A stretch of DNA of 64,000 nt from Nageia nagi (lineage: Eukaryota; Plantae; Pinophyta): positions 21,142,001-21,206,000 of the forward strand of contig JBITNC010000002.1 of assembly GCA_050084985.1 (NCBI GenBank). Reading direction: 5' to 3'. Shown here piece by piece: positions 26,230 to 36,339 of this stretch. Under the pieces are notes generated by a model. It had not been told where the DNA came from. It saw nothing but the letters and a program-made list of their open reading frames with translations, and searched no databases. The position numbers were made by a program, and so were the translations under genes. How positions within the stretch are numbered: the first letter of the stretch is position 1; each line of letters starts with the position of its first letter.

Positions 26230-27400
26230 GAGATGGTAGCATTGTTGTTAATTTAGAGCACCTCTTGTGGTTAGTTTTTGAGTTTTTAATATGTATTCAA
26301 CATCTAACATTAAAATTGAGCCACTCACACCTCATAATAACCACATATGGAATCCTCATATGTATACTTTCCTTGCATAAAGAGGCTTAAACACACTTGT
26401 AAAAGAGAAAACATTTATAAAATCATTGATCATTTACAAAATCTCTTAGAGACACATTTGGGATGATTAGGTCAAATGTTAGTGAGATTCTATGGTTTTA
26501 TCATGATAATATTACTACACCTCATGAGGTTTGGGATAAATTAGATCCTTTATTTGATAAAAATTTATACAATGAGGGCTAAAAATATTGAATCTCAGCT
26601 CATAGCTTTGTTACTTGATGACTTTCCCATAGATGAAGATTTTATCACTAAATTTAAGGAGTTATACACATAATTAAAGGGTAGTGCTAAAACAAAGGAA
26701 AAAAATGGGATGTATTTTTCTGATTCTATCAAAGTTAAAAGGACCTTTCCATATATTTTCTTCCACCTTATTTTCTACTAAAGATACTTAAGGAGATAAA
26801 TTTAACATTCCTAGTTTGGAAGAGTTTTATGAGACTTGCAAGGGAATAGAATAAAATATCCTCTCTTGAGTATCCTTCTTCTTCATCTATGGAATTGGAA
26901 GCATCATAATCAAAAGGCAAAGGCAAGACCAAGATTGAGCCTCAAATCACTCCTTCAAGTAAAATCCTCCCAAGGAATCTAAACCTAACAAAAACAATTC
27001 TTCACAAAAGAAAAACAAATCTAAATATGATGTTACTTGTGATTTTTGTGGCATATAGGGATATCCTTCATAAATGTGTTCCAAGGAAATGTATGCTTTA
27101 GAAGAAGCTATGAAAAAGTAGAAGATTTTCATTCCAAGAGTGGCCCCAAAAAATGCTCCTATGGATCAAGGTAGAGCTTTCAATATTCTAGGAAATTCAA
27201 ATTCTTTTTTAGGTAAATGGGTTATGGATTCATGTGCTACTCATCATGTGACTTCTTAAGAGGATTCCTTTGACTCTCTTGGTTCTAGTTCCATCTCTCA
27301 AATTGAGTTTGATGATTCCTCCTTCATTTAAATCAAAGGAAACATGGATATTCTCCTTTATGAGGGGTTTATCAATGATGTGCTCTATATTCCTCAAATA
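26230..27400 (+). mobile_element. Decayed Copia gag-protease fragment
   Basis: VWDKLDPLF (UBN2-like), zinc-knuckle remnant CDFCGI*GYPS*MC, protease KWVMDSCATHHVT. Confidence 0.7.
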
Positions 27401-29569
27401 TTTTGAATCTTTGTTAATGGGGTTAACATGCTCATGAAAAATATTATCCCTCTTCTAGGATATTATTGTGTGAAGATTATGGATTTTTTCTTATTAAATA
27501 TTATCTTTAGAACTACCTTCATCATTGTTAAAATTTAGAAAAGTAATATATATGTGCTCCATACCTCTCTTCAATGGGAGATGACCCTCATACTTTTTAT
27601 TGGATCCTATGATATCTTGATTTTTGTTATTTAATATGCCATTATTATTTATAGATCACTCAAAAGTTTAAGATGGTATAGGACATGGTCTCACTATTAT
27701 ACATATCAATAATATTAAAATCTAACTAATAATTCACTACTAAATATCATACAAAATCATATTCATAAGAAATATTTTAGGTATAATTTAAATATTATAA
27801 TATTTCAATGGTTTGATATTTTGATTTTTTTATTGAGTAGTTTTTGATATTTCAAAATATTTTCTTCTCCAATGACTACTCCAATCAAGTTTATAATTAC
27901 TTAACCTTTATTTCCTCTTATAAGCTTGTGGTAAATGGGAGTTAAATACTTTCACAATCATTTTGATATAAAAACATGGATGTCCATACAATTTTATTGA
28001 TGTTGTTAGGCATACCATTCCTTCTATAAAACTTCTAAAGTACCAAAATCTCAACCTCCTCAAATATGGAATGTACAATGTTGTTTTCTTATTTTATTTT
28101 ATGACTTTACATTTCTTATTTAGTAATAAATAGCTCTACAAATTGTGTTTACAAATCTATATTATATTTTCATTTTGGGTTTTGTAGTGATTTATAAATC
28201 ATACTTGTAGTATTTCATAATGAATTTTGAGAAGAATAAAGATGTTACTCATGTATTATATTAGATTTATACCTTATTTGTACTCATTTTTTTTATTTCA
28301 TGTACTAGATTTTGAGATATTTATGGTTATTTCTAACTTATTTGTTATAAACTAAAATTATTTCTAGGTCTATAGCTTTCATTTTTGATATACATTTTAG
28401 ATGATCATTTTTCTATTGGATATTTATTTTGAGTAACATTTTAAAAATGTTAGCACTTTAAGTAAAAATGGGGGGGATTTTTATCATTTTTTACTTAAAT
28501 CTTTATGGATCTTGCATGTTACTTAAATTTTTAGGTCATGCTAAATAGATCTTGCATGTTACTTAAATGTTTATGTTATGCTAAATAGATCTTGCATGCT
28601 AAATAGATCTTGCATGTTATGCTAAATGGATCTTGCATGCTAAGTTTAAAATGCATGCCTCTTAACATTGTTAGGATTAAAGCATGCTTAGTACTTAAAT
28701 TTATAAGTTAAAATGCATGATGCATGTTTAAAACTTAATTTTAATTCATGGACTAATACATGTTTAAGTTATGGATTAATGCTAAATAGGACTTAGCATT
28801 TGAAAAATTCATTATTTTTGAACTTGAGCAAAAATATGAAAAATGTAAAAGTCCTTTAGGGGTTAGTACAAAACCCATTGGACTCAATTTTGGCCTCTTA
28901 AAGGTTTCAAGTTCGTGTGGATGGAGTATTTTCACTTTACTTTATATTTTTGCACATTTGCTTTATACTTGCAATACGTAAAAAATTTGAAAGTAACCCC
29001 TAAAATGAATACATCCGCACGTATTTTCCACAACATGACTTGTTTGGGGAGCCACAAGGTGAGGACAGGGCAGACTCGAGCCTTTTTAGTCCAAAGAACC
29101 GAGTGGTGGTAAGTCCGTCTTAATTGCCCCTAAGACCTCTATTGGATTGGACATAACTCTATTAGGTGGACAGGCATGTGTGTAGTGATACCACATGTCC
29201 GCATGTCCATTCAGGGATTATCCTGATAACCTAGGAGGAAAACTGAAAACCTTAATCAAGATAATTAAAATGGCCAGTCCAAGATACGTCAGATCCTTGG
29301 AAAATAGTAGGTACTTCTCCTTGTGAGAGTATATCACTGACCAAGGTGAACTAGTTGAGGACTGGTAGTACTTGGGCTCCACCTTGCGGGCATCCAGGTG
29401 AAGGCCTAATTCTATACAAGAAAACAACCCCAACTTTATCCTTTTATGGATCATGGTTAATAAGTTTGCACATGTAGGACATGTTTGCTTATTAGATGTT
29501 TTATATGTATAGATGGAAAATTGTAAAAGTTTACATTCTTATTGCATATTTACTCTTTTTTTTGTAGCA

Positions 29570-32500
29570 ATGGTTGAAACCTTCGTTCCCAAGCATATAC
29601 TCGACGGTTCCAACTTTGGAATATGGGAACCTCGTATGAAAGCTAAGTTACAAGCAAGGAAGTTGTAGCAGACAGTTAGTGAAGACTTGGTCACTCCTAC
29701 CAATGAGAAGGCTCTTGAAGTATACAACTCAAAGAATGAGTTAGCAACTTCAATGATTTACCGTGCAGTTTCAGATGATGTCCTTCTCATGATTTCTTCA
29801 TCAACTTTAGCAAAGGAAGCTTGGGATAGGCTAAAGAAAATTTACCTTGGGTCCAAATTTTCAAGGAGGTTTACCATTCTACAAAAGTTGTTGCAGTATC
29901 GATAAAGTGAAGATGAAAGTGCCTCCATATACTTAAACAAAATCATTGACCTCAGGACACAACTGGTTGGTTGTGGGTGCAACTGGATCAATGATGAGTT
30001 CATGGTCTTCATCATTCTTCAAAGCCTTACTACAAAGTTCAGTAACTTTGTCACGGTTATGGAAACAAGGCTTGATGATGAAGAAGATGTCATATCACTT
30101 GATAACCTTTCTAGACTCCTTCTGAAGCATGAGGAAACTTTGAACAAGAAAATGTTGAACCTTTCTCCAAAGGACAATAGCATTGCTCTAGGAGCAACCA
30201 AAACTCCTTTCAAGAAAAAGTTCAAACATTACAAATTCAAAGATAACAAGTCCTCATCTACCTTCAGGAAGTATGACAAAAAGGGCAACAACAATCATGG
30301 CAACTACAGGCACAGAAATGACAAAGCTGGATCAAGCAATCCAACACCTCAGGAAAAGTTTGATGGAAATTGTAACTTTTAAGGTATCTTTGGGCACAAA
30401 GAGTATGATTATCGCAAAAAGAAATTTGCTCAAAAAGGTAAGGGAAATGCAAATGTGAGAAATTTCAATAATAGAAAGAAGAACAAGCATACTGCTACTG
30501 TTGCCTACTACTCAATGACTCAAACTATTTCAAATGATTGGATTATTGATTCAGGATGCACTAATCACATGTGTTATGAAAAGGATAAGTTTGAAAATTT
30601 TCATAAATACAACAAGGATATAGTTGTGATAGGTGATAATACAGTCCTTGATGTTCAAGGAATAGGGAATGTGAAGATTCATGGAAAGGCGCTTGATAAT
30701 GTCTTTTATGTGCCTAAGCTAAGGATGAATCTTATCTCTGTAATTCAAATTACAAGGACAGGATGTTCATTTGAGTTTACCTCACACTCCTAGTGTGTTA
30801 AGAAAGGACTTGCCACTTTGATGAAAGGATCAGTAAAGAATGACCTCTATATTGTGGATCAAGTACCTTCAAATATTTGTCTTGCTACAAATGTGTGTTC
30901 AAAAGGTAATCTTTGGCATCAACGATTAGGGCACCTTAACCACAAGAGTATTCAAGATATGAAAAATCAAGAACTTGTGGAAGGTTTACCTAATATTTCA
31001 CCCACAATTGGTCTTTGTGAAAGGTGCATTCTTGGAAAGATGAATAGGCAAAAGTTTGAAAAGGATAAGGCAACTCGGGCTACTCGTCCTCTTCAGCTTG
31101 TGCATTCAGATTTGATGGGTCCATTTCAGACTAAGTCTCTAGGGGGAGCTTCTTATGTTCTGACCTTCATTGATGACTTCAGTAGGATGACATTTGGTTA
31201 TCTACTTGAGCACAAGGATCAAACTTTTGATCGATTTAAAGACTTCAAGGCACTTGTTGAAAATCAAACTAATTTTAAGATCAAAATGTTGAGATCTGAC
31301 AATGGGGGTGAATATAATAGCAATGAGTTTAACTATTATTGTGTTAAACATGGGATCAAGTGACAATTCATAATCCCTTACACCCCTCAGCAAAATGGAG
31401 TTGCTGAAAGAAAGAATCGCACCATTATGGAAATGGCAAGATGCATGTTGGGTAACCTTCCTAGTTTCTTATGGGGAGAAGCTGTTCCCACTGCTATTCA
31501 CACCCTTAATAGGTGTCCTACTAAAGCAGTTGAAGGAAAAACTCCGTATGAAGCATGGACAGGAAAGAAACCTAACATCTCACACTTCAGGGTCTTTGGA
31601 TGTGATGCATTTGCCTTAATTACCTCAGAGAAAAGAAAGAAGCTAGATAAAAGATCAGAAAAATGCATCTTTGTGGGGTATGATAATCAGCATAGAGGTT
31701 ACAGGCTCTACTCCTCATCCCATAAAATAGTCTTTATTTCTAGGGATGTCAAGTTCAATGAACTTCCTGAGGATACGACTTCTCATGCTGAGGTGTCTGA
31801 TTTAGAAGATTCTATGCCTGCACCTAACTGGTTGGATGATCATGTAGGGAAGTCACCACAAGAGTAAAATTCTCCAACTCAGAGAATTACAAGAAGTATG
31901 ACCTTGAATAAATCCTTATTTACCAAAATTGATAATATGAATGAGCCATCAACATTCAAAGAAGCTTCCAAGCAAGAGTGTTGGATGGAAGCTATGAAAG
32001 TTGAGTATGAGGCACTCATGAAAAATGAAACTTGGGATTTGGTTCCTTATCCCAATGAGAAAAATGTGATTGGAAATAAATGGATTTACAAGGTCAAGTA
32101 CAGTTCTGATGGAGAAGTTGAAAAATACAAAGCAAGGTTAGTGGCCAAAGGATTCACTTAGAAATATGGTATTGATTATGAGGAAACCTTTGCTCCTATG
32201 GCCAAAATGCCTACTGTTAGGATAATCCTTGCTCTTTCTATAGCTCAGGGATGGAAAGTTTTCCAACTTGATGTCAAGAGTGCATTTCTCAATGGTGACT
32301 TGGATGTAGAAATCTACATGAATCAACCAGAAGGATTTATTCTAGAAGGAAAAGAGTCTCTTGTGTGCAAGCTAAATAAGTCTTTGTATGGACTTAAACA
32401 AGCACCTAGAGCATGGTACAAGAAAATTTTAAGATTCTTTGCAGATATTGGTTTTTCCAAGTGCTTCTCCGACTCAGATCTCTATGTACTCAATCAAGGA

Positions 32501-33489
32501 AAATACGTGGTCTTAATTCTCCTTTATGTGGATGATCTTCTCATAACAGGCAACAATATTGAAATCATCTAAGAGTGCATATCCAAACTAAAGGCAACAT
32601 TTGAAATGACTGATCTAGGTCTATTGCATTACTATCTTGGAATGCAAGTATACCAACATAAAGATTGTACTTATCTTAGTCAATCTAAGTATATATCAGA
32701 TATCTTGCAAAAGTTTGGAATGGAGGAGTGTAGATATGCTGCAATACCTATTTCTCCTGGAATCATTGTATCATTGAGCTCAGATTCTCAGTTAGCTGAT
32801 GCTACAACTTATAGGCAATTGATCGATAGTCTTCTGTATCTAACTATCTCTCGTCCTGATATTACCTTTGTAGTGAATCTGATGGCACGATTCATGCAAA
32901 AACCATATGTTGAACACCTCAATGCTGTGAAGCAAATCTTGAGGTATGTGGCAGGGAAAAAGGATCTTGCTCTTAAGTATTCCAAAGTGCCCTCAATTGT
33001 TCTCTCAGGGTTCTCAGATTCTGATTATGGAGGAGATAGAGATGACAAAAAATCAACCTCTGCATATGTGTTTAGCATTGGTTCAAGTGCTATCTCTTGG
33101 GCTTCCAAGAAGTAACCTACTGTGACTCTTTCTACCACCGAAGCTGAATATCGAGCCATGTCTATTGCCGCCAAGAAGCTATTTGGCTAATACATCTTCT
33201 GAACAAAATTGGGTATAAGCAAAATGGCCCATCTCTTATTTCTTCAGATAATCAATCAGCTATCTCTTTGGCTAAGAATCTTGTGTTTGATCAGAGAACC
33301 AAACATGTGGAAATCCAAGCCCATTTTATCAGGGAGAAGGTTCTAGATGACATCATACACTTGGAGTATTGTCCATCTACTAAAAACTCTGTTGATCTAT
33401 TCACCAAGCCCCTTCCTGAAGCTCAGTTCCGCAAGCTTAGGGATTCTCTTAGGTTGGTGAAGTTGCCCTCAAGGGGGAGTGAAGTTTGA
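29570..33489 (+). pseudogene. Copia gag-pol, inactivated by nine in-frame stops and one frameshift (~33172)
   Basis: MVETFVPKHILDGSNFGIWEPRM; WIIDSGCTNHM (PR); WHQRLGH..CERC and SDLMGP..RSDNGGE (IN); KARLVAKG, QLDVKSAFL, YVDD (RT); SDSDYGG..RTKHVE..DLFTK (RH). ORF-track fragments 29687-33115 share one frame. Confidence 0.93.
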
Positions 33490-33560
33490 ACCTTTGTTAA
33501 TGATGACAACTTCACCTCTAAGAGGCTCTTTTGTTGTTGTATAGCATGTGTTGATTATTT

Positions 33561-34000
33561 TATACCTTCATGGTAAGTTTGCTCTATGTGACAAACTTGT
33601 TGTACATTTTTATACCTCTATGGTAAGTTTGCTCTGCATGACAAACTTGTTGTACATATTTATACCTCCGTGGTGAGTTTGCTCTGCATGAGAAACTTGT
33701 TGTACAATTTTTGAGCATATAATTAATATACGTCTGTGGTGAGTTTGCTCTACGTGAGAAACTCATTGTACATTCTATACCTCCATGGTGAGTTTGCTCT
33801 GCGTGAGAAACTCATTGTACAATTTTTATGCTCTATACCTCCGTGGTGAGTTTGCTCTGCATGAGAAACTCATTGTACAATATTTGAGCATATAATTAAT
33901 ATACCTCCATGGTAAGTTCACTCTACGTGATGAACTTGTTGTACATTCTATACCTCTGTGGTGAGTTTGCTCTGCATGAGAAACTCATTGTACAATTTTT
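33561..34000 (+). repeat. Array of eight ~50-nt hairpin repeats with a 173-bp higher-order period
   Basis: Units start at 33561, 33611, 33661, 33727, 33776, 33834, 33900 and 33949. Consensus TATACCTCCRTGGTRAGTTTGCTCTGCATGASAAACTYRTTGTACA. Confidence 0.95.
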
Positions 34001-34470
34001 ATGCATCAACACATGTCTATATACAACAGGTGACTATGAGTGATGGCTTGGCATCTCTGTGATGGCTTATAGTGCACCATTGATCAATTATTTATAAGAT
34101 GGCATTATTTGATTCTCTTATTTGAATATATGATGCATCTAACTAATTTTGTTCATGAGTTGCTTGTAGCATGCAGGATCTTCTTCAGAAATGCAGGTTA
34201 CTCACCTTGTAAAAGCAAGCTCATGGAGACTCACATGTCAGCTTAGAGTTGATCGACTATTATGTACAGTGAAACCAGTTGTGGTTAATGACTGTATTGT
34301 AAACCATTTTTTGTCAAATGGTAATGTAGTGAGTCTCATACTAGTTCTCAAAAAGATTCTCAAATATGTAAAAGTTCTCATCTCCACTTGTATCTCTATG
34401 GAGGAGAACTCTCTCTTACTCTCTCTCTTCTCTCTTCTACGCTCTATCCCAATATTACATTAAGGGGGAG

Positions 34471-34967
34471 TGTTATAATTTGTAATGAAATATTGTGAAT
34501 ATCTAAACTCCTTGTAAATTCAATTAATCACTTAAGGGTATGTAGATACCTTAAGAGATTAATTGAATTCTTTAATATGTAGACTTTGACTTTACCAAAG
34601 TGGTTAGTTGGTAGGTTGAAGTTAGGTGATACATTTAATGTAACCCTAACCTTACCCTTGGGTTAAAGGAAGGTTAGGGAGGTGCTCTCAAGCTATAGAT
34701 AGAGGGCCTCTCCTCTTGTAACATATCTAAGTTTTGGAGTAAGATTACTCTACTTGGTGTTGTAGGAGAGAGCAAGAGAATAGTTGTAAGAGAGGCATAG
34801 ATTGAGAATAGAGAACTAGTTGTGGATGTACTCCCAAGGAGGGAGGAACCACATTATATTGGTGTCATATTATGTGAATGATGTTCTTAGAATTATAGAT
34901 GATGAATGATTTAGCTTTCTAGTCTTAGGTCCTTGAGGATTTGTTTAGATCTAGTTCAAATCCTTCA
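34471..34967 (+). repeat. 3' LTR of the older Copia
   Basis: Starts TG immediately after the PPT, contains a TATA-like ctatagatag and palindromes, and probably ends ...ccttCA. Confidence 0.7.
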
Positions 34968-36339
34968 AAAAATGTAATATTTTTCATACTTATATGTTGA
35001 TTTCCATCATAATGTATGGTTTTCCACTATGCATTTACCTAACCATTCTATCTACCAATCCGTGAATATTTTCATTTCCTTGTAAGAATTGATAGATTTT
35101 ATTTTCTTCAACCTTAATTAACATTATATAATTATAAGTCCCTTTTCACTATATTTCCAACAACATATATAATGATACCTTGTGCTTACAAATTGCTAAA
35201 TTTGCATACTTATCCTTTTTATAATATTGTTTTATTCCCATAATAGTCTCATATTATCGATATAGTATATATATTTCATGTCATACAAATTAGCAAAATT
35301 TGAAAACTAAATTTTAGTTTATTCATCCACCATTGGAAGTTTCTCTTCAATCACTATACAATGGTATATAATCTAAAATACTTTATCATAGTTGATATTT
35401 AGTTAAATCATCACCTTTTCACAATTATATTATTTTAGGGTTATCTTGCTGACTTCTTTGTAGTATGATGACCTCAAGTTTGGGAGAAAATTTATAGTGT
35501 TATACTCATGAAATTATGATGTGTAAGAAATAATTTAAAATCTCTCTTTGGACTCTTTCTAATAATATTGAAAACTTCACACTTTGTGCATGATTGATTT
35601 TGTTGGATTATCTCTCTTCCAAATCCTAGATTGTAGTTATTCCAAGAAATTAGACTACCAAATAGAGGTTTTAGAAGTTTTGTAGCTCTTTATTAGGTAC
35701 ATAAATTGTTATTAAAAATATATCAATTATATATATTAAACTATGCATAAAAATTATACTATTGGGATAGTTTGTGTTTAGCAACCAAGAAAACTCCAAA
35801 AGCACCAAAATATTAGCTTGGTATATAAACATGTATTTTTTGTTTGGTTAAAATAGAATAAAAGAGTGGAAATAGATTATAGTTAAATATTATCATATTT
35901 AATGGTGAATATTTTTAATACTATACTATTCTAATGAGTACATTCCTCTTTTCTCAATCTATATGTAGTCTTGTTTCATACAATTATATCAATATAGATG
36001 CATCATGCTTTGCTCCACTTTTAGCTCATGAGAAGGAGATTTAGGAGATTAGTAAAAGTGATTTGAAATCCCTATTCTCAATATATAATTGGCTATATGT
36101 GTCATTTTCCTCATAATATAATGTAGATAGTCAAAGGAGGCATTAGAGACCTTTGAGAGTGCCTACAATGGACCTCCCAATGTAAGAGGATGTAATATTC
36201 AACTCATATTAGGTAGGGATATTAAATATTCAAACATGTGTTAATATAAAACCATAAAGGTATTCCTCATAAGAGAAAAATATTTGTTTAACACCATTCA
36301 TACATATTGTGTGGTCTTAAATGATACTAGGATCATTAA

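Larger units (their letters stand above)
28490..34967 (+). mobile_element. Ty1/Copia LTR retrotransposon with ~1-kb leader and ~1-kb 3' non-coding region; 5' LTR/PBS not found
   Basis: Full gag-PR-IN-RT-RH order. PPT TAAGGGGGAG at 34461-34470 is followed by an LTR TGTTAT...CCTTCA (34471-~34967). The 5' boundary is approximate. Confidence 0.88.

Noticed and set aside
33561-34000. CRISPR-like appearance of the palindromic repeat array
   Set aside because: Linkers are only 3-20 nt and are themselves repeated rather than unique spacers. There are no cas genes, and the context is a eukaryotic retrotransposon.
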